Positions 37,018 to 47,442 of a DNA stretch of 64,000 nucleotides are shown here, one piece after another. Both the position numbers and the translations under genes were made by a program. Source of the stretch: a bacterium. GTDB taxonomy: Bacteria > Electryoneota > Electryoneia > Electryoneales > Electryoneaceae. The DNA lies in NCBI GenBank assembly GCA_963669175.1, contig OY769902.1:5088001-5152000 (forward strand), given 5' to 3'. Within the stretch, counting starts at the first letter, position 1. Every line of letters starts with the position of its first letter. Below the pieces are notes generated by a model that saw only the letters and a list, made by a program, of their open reading frames with translations, made no database searches and had not been told where the DNA came from.

Positions 37018-39219
37018 TTACTTCACCAATGTCATGCGACGAACCTGCTTCGCACCACCGGTAACAGCTTCCACGAAGTAAATACCGCTGGCCAGGTTTG
37101 CGCCGTTGAACTGCAGAGTATGGTACCCGGCGCTCAGCTTGCCCTGGACCAGTTCTTCCACCAGACGGCCCTGTATATCATACACACGCACCTGCACATC
37201 CTGTGTTGCGGCCAGGGACAGGGTGATCATGGTTGTCGGGTTGAACGGGTTCGGATAAACGGATTCAATCGCGAACTCAGTCGGCGTGGCGACACCGGCT
37301 TCAGTGATCACCTCAAGGTAGTCACTGGCATTCCAGATGGCGAAGTTCTTCTGGTCGGCAATACCGACATAGCTACCGTAACTGGTAATGGAAAGTGGCC
37401 TGTAGGTATCAATGTTTTCCACTTCGACCGGGTTGTCGGGATCGGAAACATCAAAGACGTACGTTTTATAATCTCCGAACTGAGTCGGGATAAAGACATG
37501 ACCACCGGCATAGTGCATGCCAAAAGTGATCTGGTGCGCATCACTCAAAGTCGTGGAACTGCGCAATACAGGATTTTCAACGTCCGAAATGTCCAGAACT
37601 TCAAAGGTGCAGGGAGAAGCTGAGCCTGCGAGGTAGAGCATATCGCCGACACGCACCATCTGTACCGCATAGCTTACAGAGGGGGTCGATACGACGTGTA
37701 CATTGTTTAAATCACTGAAGTCGATAATACAGAGAATATAGTTTTCATAATCTGATGAAGACATGGTATACACATACTCGCCATCGAAGAACAGCCAGGC
37801 GATGTGTTCCACATTCGGAATAGCATAATACTGGGGGTCGCCAATATTCGCCGGATCAGAAACATCCCTGAATTCGAGCTGATTATTATAATCCGTAACC
37901 AGCGTGCCATCCAGAACGTAGGGCCATTTGCGGTAGGAACTGGTCCAGTTTTCCAGCTCACCGATCAGTTGTGGGTCGTTGACATTGCTGATATCCCAGC
38001 ACTGGAGGTTCGGCAGGTTGGCTACCCAGAGATGATCCCCATCTACATACATGGCGGTGGCATCACTATCATCACCAAATTGGCAAACTTCCTGCGGGTT
38101 GGTGGGATCCGTCATGTCGATGACATGCATCCCGCCCCAGCGTGCGGATACGATGGCATAATCACCGTGCTCGACCGCGTACATCACTTCACCAACTGCC
38201 TGATAGCCGCCAGTAATGGTGTACGGAGTTTCAGATACGCTGATGGAATGGAAACCATACTCCCGGTCCATCACAAACCAGTTATCATCACCGTTCACAA
38301 CAGCGATCGGATAGCTGTTGTCGATCACCAGGCTGTCCTGCCTTACCAGGTTCTCCTGGTTGTCAGCCCAGAAGCGAACGAGCTTGCCACTTTCGGTGGT
38401 ATAGAATCCGATAGTGCCTGACGCTTCAACGCTGGTAATCTCTTCGTTCATGACAGGAATATTGTCATATGAGTTAATATTTTCCATGTCTGTCAGGTTC
38501 AGCCAGACTAGCCGATTCCAAGTGTCCTGGTTTGTAGATGTATAGTAAGCGCGTTCCGCGGAGCCGTTACACACCACGTTGTTGCACTCTGTGCTGAAAC
38601 GATCCAACATAGTCGGGTTTGCGGGATCGGAAATGTCAATCAGGTCGAAACCGAATTCACCGTTGGCCAGCATGGCATAAGTGCCCCAGCCGTCTACATC
38701 TATGGCGTCATTACCGTGCTGGTAACTGTACGAACCTGACAGTGTCGGTTCGTACGTATTACTGACATTAATAATGGCCATTCCTTCTTCACCATCTGCC
38801 ACCAGCAGGTAATCGCTGCCATAGCTAAGGTGCAGCTTGGAGGCAAAACCCGGAGTATCCACATGGCCACGCTCTGTATAGCCATCAGTAGCATTGCCGT
38901 AATACGTGTATACACCATCATCACCGGCTGCAATGAACAGATCCAGCACGTTGAACCAGACGCCGTACGCTGTCACATCAGTCACTTCATGAATCAATTC
39001 GGGATTGTCCTCGTCTTCACAATCGAATATCTGGACACCGTTGACACCGGTCGCAACCGCGAGGTAAGGGTGACCGTCAATACCGACTACCATGTCGTTG
39101 GCACCAACCCAACCGGGGAGGATGCTGGTCGCCAGGCTCATGTCATCCAACTCGCCACCTACTACCGCCTGCACACACAATAACAGGCTGAACAAAACTA
39201 CGAACAAATTACGTTTCAC
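37018..39219 (-). CDS. LVIVD-repeat (beta-propeller) secreted protein with Por/T9SS-type tail
   Basis: Repeated (I/V)-D-(I/V)-S-D-P-x-N-P units; YPNPFNP...ASGIYF tail; signal peptide. Confidence 0.88.
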   Translation of the reverse strand: MKRNLFVVLFSLLLCVQAVVGGELDDMSLATSILPGWVGANDMVVGIDGHPYLAVATGVNGVQIFDCEDEDNPELIHEVTDVTAYGVWFNVLDLFIAAGDDGVYTYYGNATDGYTERGHVDTPGFASKLHLSYGSDYLLVADGEEGMAIINVSNTYEPTLSGSYSYQHGNDAIDVDGWGTYAMLANGEFGFDLIDISDPANPTMLDRFSTECNNVVCNGSAERAYYTSTNQDTWNRLVWLNLTDMENINSYDNIPVMNEEITSVEASGTIGFYTTESGKLVRFWADNQENLVRQDSLVIDNSYPIAVVNGDDNWFVMDREYGFHSISVSETPYTITGGYQAVGEVMYAVEHGDYAIVSARWGGMHVIDMTDPTNPQEVCQFGDDSDATAMYVDGDHLWVANLPNLQCWDISNVNDPQLIGELENWTSSYRKWPYVLDGTLVTDYNNQLEFRDVSDPANIGDPQYYAIPNVEHIAWLFFDGEYVYTMSSSDYENYILCIIDFSDLNNVHVVSTPSVSYAVQMVRVGDMLYLAGSASPCTFEVLDISDVENPVLRSSTTLSDAHQITFGMHYAGGHVFIPTQFGDYKTYVFDVSDPDNPVEVENIDTYRPLSITSYGSYVGIADQKNFAIWNASDYLEVITEAGVATPTEFAIESVYPNPFNPTTMITLSLAATQDVQVRVYDIQGRLVEELVQGKLSAGYHTLQFNGANLASGIYFVEAVTGGAKQVRRMTLVK

Positions 39220-39621
39220 TTACTTTTCTCCTTTTGGGGTTGCAAAAGAATTTACTGTATCTATCCCTGCGTACTTTTTTTCCGGGGTTTCAGCCTAAGG
39301 TTTTCTTGTGGGTTATGAGATAGAGAATTCCCATAGTACCAAACAATGAAAAGTTCAAGAATTATTTCACAAAGGATACTGACGTACGTCACACCTGGAG
39401 GAGTGCCTTTGGAAGGAAGCGAGAATAGATTCACCGGCAGGCAGGTATCCTTCAAGTCCGACAAAAACGGGTTATCAAAGTACAAGCTTCTCCGCAGCGC
39501 GAAAATATACGTGCCGTATGTTAACCAAGAAAATAGAAAATACTTATACGTCTCTCCTGAAACACCTGTGATTTTTGGATGCACGACGCAATATCCCGAT
39601 AAATTTCAACAACTAAGCTAT

Positions 39622-40542
39622 TCAACCTGCGATATCTTCATCATCCTTAATACTGACCACCCGCATGTTAGTACTGACTCCCTGCTTGTCCTGTCCGAAG
39701 TATAGAGTCTGATGCGGGAATGGGATCTCGATATTTTCCAGATCAAAGCGCTTTTTCAGGTTCAACCGGAATGCCCGTCCTACTTCCCATTGACGTCCCG
39801 GTTCCGTCATAAACCGAATGCGAAACAAGATATCACTGTCCCGGAAATCGGAAATACCCACCACCTCCGGCTTACCCATCATGATTTTTTTGAAACGGCT
39901 ATCTTCATAAATTTTCTCTGCTTCTTCTTCCAAAACCCGCATGACATTTTCTGCATCTTCACGATATGCGACACCAAGATTAATCTGAATCTTCGAGAAG
40001 GTTTTGGTCATATTGACAATCTTGCGGATTTCGCCATGAGGTAGAATATGCTGATTGCCGTCACGATCACGTAATATCAATGTGCGAATGGTGATCTCTT
40101 CCACCTGCGCACGATCTCCGACACCATCCTGCAGTTTTATCCAGTCGCCAACTCGAACCTGTCCTTCAAGAATAAAGAAGATGCCATTGAGCACATCTTT
40201 AACCACTGATTGCGCGCCAAAACCAACCGCAACACCAACCACCCCGGCAGCAGCCAGGATAGGACCGAGATTCACTCCCAGCTCCGCCAGTACCCAGGTA
40301 ACCCCCAAGCCCAGTAAACTGACTCCGACAACACTACGGCTCAGGTTGCCCAGTGTTTGCAGGCGTTTTGCTGTTTTGCGGTCCGCTTTGCCCGCACGAG
40401 TAATGATCTTGTTGATGACTTTGCGAGCGATCAACCAGGTAATCAGTAACCCGATCAGGATGAGAGCTATGGTCAGGACACGCGGTCCAATTGCGACCAG
40501 ACGTGTTGTCAGTGTATCCCATGACAACTTGGATAAATCCAT
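39622..40542 (-). CDS. MscS-family small-conductance mechanosensitive channel (YbiO-like)
   Basis: AAAGVVGVAVGFGAQ, VRVGDWI and IEIPFP motifs. Confidence 0.93.
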   Translation of the reverse strand: MDLSKLSWDTLTTRLVAIGPRVLTIALILIGLLITWLIARKVINKIITRAGKADRKTAKRLQTLGNLSRSVVGVSLLGLGVTWVLAELGVNLGPILAAAGVVGVAVGFGAQSVVKDVLNGIFFILEGQVRVGDWIKLQDGVGDRAQVEEITIRTLILRDRDGNQHILPHGEIRKIVNMTKTFSKIQINLGVAYREDAENVMRVLEEEAEKIYEDSRFKKIMMGKPEVVGISDFRDSDILFRIRFMTEPGRQWEVGRAFRLNLKKRFDLENIEIPFPHQTLYFGQDKQGVSTNMRVVSIKDDEDIAG

Positions 40543-40569
40543 CCAAACCTCCAATACCCCATGAGGAAA

Positions 40570-42135
40570 CTACATCATCACCACAACCATCATAACCGCC
40601 AACAACAGGAACAGCAGGCTCATCAGTACTCTCGTCAGACCGAAGTGCTCACGGGACCAGGTTGTGAGTTTTTCTGAAGCTACCCCGGAATATGCAAGCG
40701 AAAACACAACAACCAAAGGAAGGATGAACATCAGATTGTACAGGAAGAGATAGATGATCGCATGCCCTCGCATGGCTTCATCCTGTAGTACCAGCACTAT
40801 TGTCGGCAGGTAAACCTGGCCGGTACAGGCGGCTTCAAACAGGCTGACCAACGCCCCTATCCCCAGCGCTCCCAGGAACAGGCTGCCGGTAACCAGACCT
40901 TTCCGCATGACACGGTGAATCCGTTGCTTGCTTTTCTTTGATAATTGAAGCACCTGGCTGCGAGTTTCACCGCCGGAACGGTAATATTTGATCGTATCCA
41001 GCAATGATAGCACAAACAGAACCAGCACCATCAGAAGCGCGATACCATAGATGATCTGCTGGATCAGCAAATTCCGGCTGAATAGCTCCAGCGTATGAAA
41101 TGCGCCTAAGCCTAATAGCAGGTACACGGCGAACACACTCACAGTAAAACCAAGTCCGACTGCCATCACCTGTTTGCGTGTTGATCCGGCATAATTCAGC
41201 AGGCTGATGAAAAAGACTATGGTAGCAAAAGCGCAGGGATTGATGCCGTCGATAAGCCCGGCCCCCAGAACGGTCCAGAAGGTGAACGATTTGAACACAT
41301 CTTTCGCGCTCTCTACGGCGATACTTCTATTTGATTCCGATGGGATAATGGTATGTTCGCCAGTTTGCAACGCCTGGCTGATCGCTTCATCCAAGCGTTT
41401 TTCCAGCCCGCCACGCCCCAGCACGACAGATTTACCAACAAAGAAAGAGAACGGACTGCGACGATCCTGCACATCATAAGCACGCCTCATCTCAAGCAAT
41501 TGGGCGTATCCTGCCGCATGATCAATGTTGATGGGCAAAACGATGACCTGATCGTCCCACTTTTTCTCTACGTCAGGGATCAAACCATCCTTGACCTCCC
41601 TGCATGAGGGACAGCCGGGTGAATAGAAGTAGAATATGAGCAGAACATCAGGGTTGCAATCAATGGCTGAAATGATGTCTTCCGGTGAGAACACATCCTC
41701 GCCGGCAATTTGATCCGGAATGCCCTGTGGATTGTCGGCGGCGGAAAGCACGGTGATGGTAATGACCAGGCGGACAACATCCATATCTACCCTGTCGGTG
41801 AACAGGTACAGGATCTTTTCTACCTTGCCGTCTTCTTCACCTTCTTCGACATGATACGTGAATTCGAGAGAACCATCTTCCAGGATGGATGCGGTTATGC
41901 AGTCACATGTTATCTCTACATCTTCAAGGGTAAGCGGGGAAGGATCATTCTGACCTTCTGAAACAATGGAAAAGAACAGCGTATCGGAGAAAACATCGCC
42001 ACGCCTGTATTCACCATATTCCAACTGGGCATGCGGTCCCTCGACCAGCACCGTTCTGGTAGCTTGAACCGACCAGGGCAAGAACATGCCTGACAGCAAC
42101 AGGATATAAAGTGGCCAGAACCGTGTCGTCTTCAT
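40570..42135 (-). CDS. CcdA/DsbD-like membrane disulfide reductase fused to a thioredoxin domain and a DUF1573-like Ig domain
   Basis: Signal peptide; TCDC; FYSPGCPSC; DGINPCAF and EAACTGQVY within a six-TM domain. Confidence 0.8.
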   Translation of the reverse strand: MKTTRFWPLYILLLSGMFLPWSVQATRTVLVEGPHAQLEYGEYRRGDVFSDTLFFSIVSEGQNDPSPLTLEDVEITCDCITASILEDGSLEFTYHVEEGEEDGKVEKILYLFTDRVDMDVVRLVITITVLSAADNPQGIPDQIAGEDVFSPEDIISAIDCNPDVLLIFYFYSPGCPSCREVKDGLIPDVEKKWDDQVIVLPINIDHAAGYAQLLEMRRAYDVQDRRSPFSFFVGKSVVLGRGGLEKRLDEAISQALQTGEHTIIPSESNRSIAVESAKDVFKSFTFWTVLGAGLIDGINPCAFATIVFFISLLNYAGSTRKQVMAVGLGFTVSVFAVYLLLGLGAFHTLELFSRNLLIQQIIYGIALLMVLVLFVLSLLDTIKYYRSGGETRSQVLQLSKKSKQRIHRVMRKGLVTGSLFLGALGIGALVSLFEAACTGQVYLPTIVLVLQDEAMRGHAIIYLFLYNLMFILPLVVVFSLAYSGVASEKLTTWSREHFGLTRVLMSLLFLLLAVMMVVVMM

Positions 42136-42728
42136 CAATCAACCACTCTCTTTTCGATGCGGATGGAATCTACAAAAACCGGCACCAGGGGAATGTTCAG
42201 CAGATCGCGTTCAAACCCGGAGATCTGATCGACAATATCCATTCCCTGCACAACACGGGCAAAAATTGTGTACTTGCCATCCAGATGCGGTTTATCATCC
42301 AGCAGGATATAAAACTGGCAATCAGCCGTATTCAGGAAGGTCTTCTGGTCCGAGTCGGGATCGGCATGACGCGCCATGCCGACAACTCCACGGACATGTT
42401 TCAATTCACTGAATTCCGGTTCCAGTTTAATCCCGCTGCCGCCTTCACCGTAATGGCTGCGTGGAGTTTTCGGGTTCGCGGTTGTAGGATCACCAAGTTG
42501 AATTTTGAATCCGGGCCAGACATAATGCACCTGGGTGCCATCATAGAAATTTTCCCCGGCCAGTTCTTTGAAGCGAGCGACATGAACCGGCGCGTCCTTG
42601 CTGAAAAACTCGAGTACAATCTGACCATACCCGGTATAGATGACCCCCACCTCCTTCCCGCCTCCACACCCGGCCAGAAGGGTGATTCCCAGCAGTAACC
42701 CCGTAAACACGACTATCTTTCTATACAT
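42135..42728 (-). CDS. Cyclophilin-type PPIase lipoprotein
   Basis: Lipobox LAGC; AP.H...F, FYDG, IQ.GDP, GMAR, QFYI, HLDGKYTIF. Confidence 0.92.
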   Translation of the reverse strand: MYRKIVVFTGLLLGITLLAGCGGGKEVGVIYTGYGQIVLEFFSKDAPVHVARFKELAGENFYDGTQVHYVWPGFKIQLGDPTTANPKTPRSHYGEGGSGIKLEPEFSELKHVRGVVGMARHADPDSDQKTFLNTADCQFYILLDDKPHLDGKYTIFARVVQGMDIVDQISGFERDLLNIPLVPVFVDSIRIEKRVVD

Positions 42729-42812
42729 ATTTCACCTGTTGTCTCCCACTGGAAAGTACTGCACCGACAAGCGGCTGTAAACGGCTTTCTTCATTTCCAC
42801 AGTGATTGAGTG

Positions 42813-42847
42813 AAAACCGGGACAGCCCCAAAAGGAGCAGTCCCGGT
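42813..42847 (-). terminator. Probable intrinsic terminator of the HEAT-repeat gene
   Basis: ACCGGGAC...GTCCCGGT stem, with an A-run on + (U-tract on -). Confidence 0.6.
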
Positions 42848-42878
42848 ATCTTTCTACAAAACTGGAAGAAGATCAAAA

Positions 42879-44135
42879 CTAGCTGATCTTATCAATTGCT
42901 TTCTGGGCTTCTTTTGCAACATAGGAATCAGAATCAGTCCTGAGTTCCTGCAACCTGGGCAGCGCTTTCCGCGCCGGACGTCCAATATTGCCCAGCACAG
43001 TGCAGGCAGCGCCACGCTGTTGAACACTGGATGAGCTCAGCAGGCGAATCATATCCGGGACGATTTCTTCACCCATATTCGACAATGCCAGCACCGCCGC
43101 ATAACGTGCGCCTGCATCGCTGTCCGCCAGACGTGTGATCAGGATCGGTTTCGCACGGTCGCGTACACTTTCCCAACGCATCACCACCTGGATTGCGCCT
43201 TCACGAATATTGCCATTGTTGCTTTTCATGGCGTCCAGCATCTTGTCCCCGGCGGCGTCCGCGCCAATCGAAGTCAAGGTGCCAATGGTCTCGCGACGCA
43301 TATCCTTGTCTTTATCATTAAGCGCCTGGATTAATTCATCCAGAACGACAATGGCCGCTGGCCCGGTACGACCAATCGCACGAACTGCAGCCACACGCAT
43401 TTTCGGATCTTTATCCTTAAACGCTTCAGTCAAATACGGAAGCGCCTCTTCTACATTGCCGGTAGCTTCACCGAGCACCTGGCAGGCAAGCAACTTCTGC
43501 TCCGATGTTCCATCCTGCAGCCAGCCCATCATATGCTCGACAGTCTTGGAGCCCATTTTCCCCATGGCCTCTACCGCTACAGTGCGCGTACGGGAACGCT
43601 GGGCGGCCTCCATCATGCGTGGAATCGCCTCTGAGGCTCCAGGTCCGATATTACCCAGAGCTTCCAGAATCTTTATCTGTGTGGTGAAATCCGCCGTCAG
43701 AAGCAATCGCGCCAGCATGGGAGTAACATCTGCTGATTGCTCTCCAAAAGAGCCAAGCGCCTGGGCACAATACGCTATCATGTTCTCATCAATACCATCA
43801 ATGCCTTCCACCAGGAGCGGCTTGGCTTTTAAAGCGTTTGGCCCCATCTGGGCAAAAACCTGGGCGATCACATACCGCTCTTCCTTGTTCTCTGTCGCTT
43901 CCCATTTCTTCATCAGGAAAGGAGTCGCCTCAACGCCCATTTCAACCATGGCGTTAAAAGCACGTTCCTGGGTACGCTCATGTTCACCGAACAACCGGCG
44001 ATACCAGTTGCTGAAAGGGATACCATCATAGCTGGGTTCAACAGCCGAACAGGTGATTAAAAAAATCGGCAATAACAGTAATAAAAGTGTTAGTCCCAGA
44101 AGTTTACGCTGAATAGGCTGCAAGTAATACCGCAT
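42879..44135 (-). CDS. Exported HEAT-repeat (PBS-lyase-like) protein, probable lipoprotein
   Basis: Repeats of L...D..R..A...LG.IG..A..A.P.L; hydrophobic N-terminus ending LITC; GGGGGAG RBS before ATG 44135. Confidence 0.85.
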   Translation of the reverse strand: MRYYLQPIQRKLLGLTLLLLLLPIFLITCSAVEPSYDGIPFSNWYRRLFGEHERTQERAFNAMVEMGVEATPFLMKKWEATENKEERYVIAQVFAQMGPNALKAKPLLVEGIDGIDENMIAYCAQALGSFGEQSADVTPMLARLLLTADFTTQIKILEALGNIGPGASEAIPRMMEAAQRSRTRTVAVEAMGKMGSKTVEHMMGWLQDGTSEQKLLACQVLGEATGNVEEALPYLTEAFKDKDPKMRVAAVRAIGRTGPAAIVVLDELIQALNDKDKDMRRETIGTLTSIGADAAGDKMLDAMKSNNGNIREGAIQVVMRWESVRDRAKPILITRLADSDAGARYAAVLALSNMGEEIVPDMIRLLSSSSVQQRGAACTVLGNIGRPARKALPRLQELRTDSDSYVAKEAQKAIDKIS

Positions 44136-44316
44136 ATTCTCCCCCCTGTACATGTTTGAAAAACCATCATTCATGTTGGAATCAACTGCCACTATAATGG
44201 AAGCAAGAAAGAGTGTACAACCGAACCGTCTGTTCTGCAAGTCTTTCTACCCATTAAACATCAGACGCCTGTACCTCCAAAAGACAACAAACCGCTCCTG
44301 GAGAGCAACGCGCGGC

Positions 44317-44371
44317 TTGACCTTTTGTAAACGACCTACTAATTTATCGATTGATTTAATCATATGATTAA
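44317..44371 (+). promoter_or_regulatory. Sigma70-type promoter and palindromic TetR operator candidate
   Basis: TTGACC-N17-TAATTT followed by a perfect 16-bp palindrome TTAATCATATGATTAA (44356-44371) upstream of tetR. Confidence 0.7.
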
Positions 44372-44469
44372 GTCTATTGATTAACCCAGTGAGCGCCGAT
44401 GAATTGTGGACCGTTACACGTGAAGTGAATGATCCTGCTTGTCATACGGGAAAAGACAGGAAAGCTTTT

Positions 44470-45198
44470 ATGGATGCACAGAAAAACAGTACTGGCGATA
44501 CAGATCAGGCATGGGCTGAGCTAAGACAAACGGTCATGTCCATGCAGCGCGAAGCGCCGCCGGAGCTGGAGTCGCCTGATCCGGAGACCCCGGAAGGACG
44601 CATTTTCCAGGCGGCGCTGGAGTTGTTTGCCGAAAACGGGTTTGATGGGACCAGCACACGTGCGATTGCGGAACGCGCCAACGTCAATCTTGCCATGATA
44701 CACTATTATTTCGGCACAAAGGTCAAGCTGTACAGACGAATCGTTTCCAGCGCCATTCGTACGATTTTTAAGAAAGTCGCCCTGGACAGAATTGATATGC
44801 TGACCCCTGAGGAATTTCTGCTCACTTATCCGGCCCGGGTAATGGCGGTATTTCGCAACCATCCTCTGCACGCTCGGGTGATGCAGAGTGAAATCGCCGG
44901 TGGGGCCAGGCACCTTCGCGAAACGATTGCCGAGATGGGCCCATTTGGTCCTCTGGGTTTCCGCAACCTCTTCTCCATGGTTTACAGCGCCGGTGTTGAT
45001 CGTAACACACTGCATGATCTTCCGCCGATGGATATTCTGCGCATCATGCTGGCAACCGCATTCGGTCTATTCCTGGCGGCCCCTTTCGCAGAGTATGTGA
45101 CCGGTGCGGATTATTCTGACGAGGCGTTCTGGGACAGCCAGATGAAAACGCTATCCTTTTTGATGCGAAACGGGCTTTCCACGGAGGCAAAGCCATGA
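44470..45198 (+). CDS. TetR/AcrR-family regulator
   Basis: HTH segment AALELFAENGFDGTSTRAIAERANVNLAMIHYYFGTK. Confidence 0.93.
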   Translation: MDAQKNSTGDTDQAWAELRQTVMSMQREAPPELESPDPETPEGRIFQAALELFAENGFDGTSTRAIAERANVNLAMIHYYFGTKVKLYRRIVSSAIRTIFKKVALDRIDMLTPEEFLLTYPARVMAVFRNHPLHARVMQSEIAGGARHLRETIAEMGPFGPLGFRNLFSMVYSAGVDRNTLHDLPPMDILRIMLATAFGLFLAAPFAEYVTGADYSDEAFWDSQMKTLSFLMRNGLSTEAKP

Positions 45199-46505
45199 TA
45201 CACACTTTCCCGAAGCCCCCTGTCGTTGTTCTGATTCTGTTACTCTTGCCAACAATACTACTGGCGCAGGAATACTCGCTTGATCAGTGCATTGAGGAAG
45301 CGCTTGCGACATCACACCTGTTGCTGGCGGGGCATGCGGAGGCGGATGCGGCGCGTGCAGCGCGTGAAAAGGCTGAAGCGGAACTCTGGCCTGTCCTTGG
45401 CTTAACCGGTTCCTATTCATGGGTCAGCGAGACCATGGAACTGAACCTGTCAGATCGTCTTCCGATCCCCGGCCTGAATCTTCCATCCATCGAATTTGGT
45501 GACGGGACAACAACCGACCTGGCCCTGGCGGCCCAGGCAACACTATATGCCGGTGGCGCCAAACGAGCGGCCATCCGTGCCAACCGGGCGTCGGAACAAG
45601 CTGCACATTTCGAGATTGCCACGGACAGCCTTGAACTGGTTAAACAGGTTCAGGCGGTTTATTATCGTACTCTTGGCGCGCAAGCTGGCACTCGTGCCGC
45701 AAGCAGCAGTGTCGCCAGATTGGAAAGGCATCTTGCTTCTGTTCGCCAGACACGTGAAAACGGTATGGCGACACGTGAAGCCGAACTTCTATTCCTTTCA
45801 CATCTGCAAAAAGCAAAGCAGGCGTTTCTGAATGCCGAGTTGGAAGCTTCCTCTTCCCGCCTGCTGTTGGGACTTCTGACCGGTCACCCCGGTGAAGAGA
45901 TTCATCCGGTCGACAACCTTGAGCAGAGCTTGTTGCCGGTGCAGATCATCCCGGATCTGGCCCTCGCCACCCGTCCCGAAATCGCAGTGATTAACAGGCA
46001 TGTGGAGATGCTTGATCATACCCAGCGCGCAGTGAAAGGATCGTACCTGCCGAAAGTGGATATTCAGGGCGCCTATCACTACGGAAAACCCGGCGTGGAT
46101 ATGATCGCGGGCGACTGGATGGATTATGCCACGATCGGAGTCAATCTTTCCTGGGTTTTATGGGACTGGGGTGGACGCTCCAGGCAGCTTCAACAGGTCA
46201 AAGCGTCGCAGCGCGCCCTTTCTCAATCTCGCGCCGGACTCGAAAAAAGTCTGACCAACCAGTATATCGATGCGCGGAATCGTTATCAAAATGCGAGTGA
46301 CCTTCTTTCCAGCGCAAATGACCTGCTTGTTATTGAACGTGAAAGATATAGCCTGGTTCAGTCACGCTATGATCAGGGCATGGCCACGGAAACCGAACTT
46401 CTGGACGCCCAGGACGACCTTACCCTGGCAGAAATCGAACTGGCAGTTACTACAGCCGGACTACGGATGGCAGAAGTCAACCTGATTCACGCTGCCGGAA
46501 ACTGA
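45195..46505 (+). CDS. TolC-family outer-membrane efflux protein
   Basis: Signal peptide; SLDQCIEEAL, YLPKV and RYDQG.AT..ELLDAQ motifs. Confidence 0.9.
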   Translation: MIHTFPKPPVVVLILLLLPTILLAQEYSLDQCIEEALATSHLLLAGHAEADAARAAREKAEAELWPVLGLTGSYSWVSETMELNLSDRLPIPGLNLPSIEFGDGTTTDLALAAQATLYAGGAKRAAIRANRASEQAAHFEIATDSLELVKQVQAVYYRTLGAQAGTRAASSSVARLERHLASVRQTRENGMATREAELLFLSHLQKAKQAFLNAELEASSSRLLLGLLTGHPGEEIHPVDNLEQSLLPVQIIPDLALATRPEIAVINRHVEMLDHTQRAVKGSYLPKVDIQGAYHYGKPGVDMIAGDWMDYATIGVNLSWVLWDWGGRSRQLQQVKASQRALSQSRAGLEKSLTNQYIDARNRYQNASDLLSSANDLLVIERERYSLVQSRYDQGMATETELLDAQDDLTLAEIELAVTTAGLRMAEVNLIHAAGN

Positions 46506-46539
46506 TAGTACTAAACCTTCGTGTCAAACGGAGTTTCTC

Positions 46540-47442
46540 ATGAAGCAAACAGTTTTTATTCTCGCATTATTCAGCTTGATCACCCTCATGGCAGGTTGCA
46601 GTGAGAACGGTGAATCCAACTGGCCTTCGGGCACATTGGAAGCAACAGAAGTCAACCTTTCAACGGCGTTGGCGGGTAAAGTCCTTGAAGTTCGCCATGA
46701 TCAGGGCGACCGTGTGCAAAAAGGCGATACCCTGCTGATCCTGGACACGGAACTGATCTCTTTGCAGCGTGAACAGACCGCTACAGGATTACAATCCGTG
46801 AACGCCAACCGTTCTGTGGCAAAGGATCGTCTACAGCAGGCAGAGGAAAGCCTGAAGCTGGCGGAAACGACACTGGCACGTATCGAGAATCTGGCTAACG
46901 CAGGTTCGGTCACCAAACAGCAACTTGACGAAGCCAGAACACAACGCGACATCGCATCATCGAATGTATCAGCCGCGAAAAACAGCATCCGGGCCATTGA
47001 TGCCGAAGCTCAGCGACTGAATGCGACGCTGGCAGTCTTTGACCGTCAACTTGCTGATGGTATGCTGGTGTCACCACTTAGTGGAACAATTCTGCTTCGC
47101 GCCTGTGAACCGGGTGAGATGATTGCTCCGGCAAGTGTGGCGTTCCGTATTGCAAACCTTGAAAGCCTGGAACTCCGGGTTTACCTGAACGAGAAAGATG
47201 TGGACCAGGTTCGTATCGGTCAGCAGGTCGAGGTCAAAGTAGACGCCATGGAAGGGCAATCCTTAAAGGGAAAAGTATCCTGGATCAGCCCGGAAGCGGA
47301 GTTTACCCCGAAAAACGTGCAGACTCGAGATGCTCGCGCCCAACTGGTTTACGCAGTCAAACTGGAATTGCCCAATCCTGATGGCAGGCTTCATATCGGG
47401 ATGCCGGCAGAAGCCAACCTCGGAGACAGCTCCCATGAGTGA
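46540..47442 (+). CDS. HlyD/YbhG-like periplasmic adaptor
   Basis: SGTLEATEV, coiled coil, AEFTPKNVQT and GMPAE. Confidence 0.92.
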   Translation: MKQTVFILALFSLITLMAGCSENGESNWPSGTLEATEVNLSTALAGKVLEVRHDQGDRVQKGDTLLILDTELISLQREQTATGLQSVNANRSVAKDRLQQAEESLKLAETTLARIENLANAGSVTKQQLDEARTQRDIASSNVSAAKNSIRAIDAEAQRLNATLAVFDRQLADGMLVSPLSGTILLRACEPGEMIAPASVAFRIANLESLELRVYLNEKDVDQVRIGQQVEVKVDAMEGQSLKGKVSWISPEAEFTPKNVQTRDARAQLVYAVKLELPNPDGRLHIGMPAEANLGDSSHE

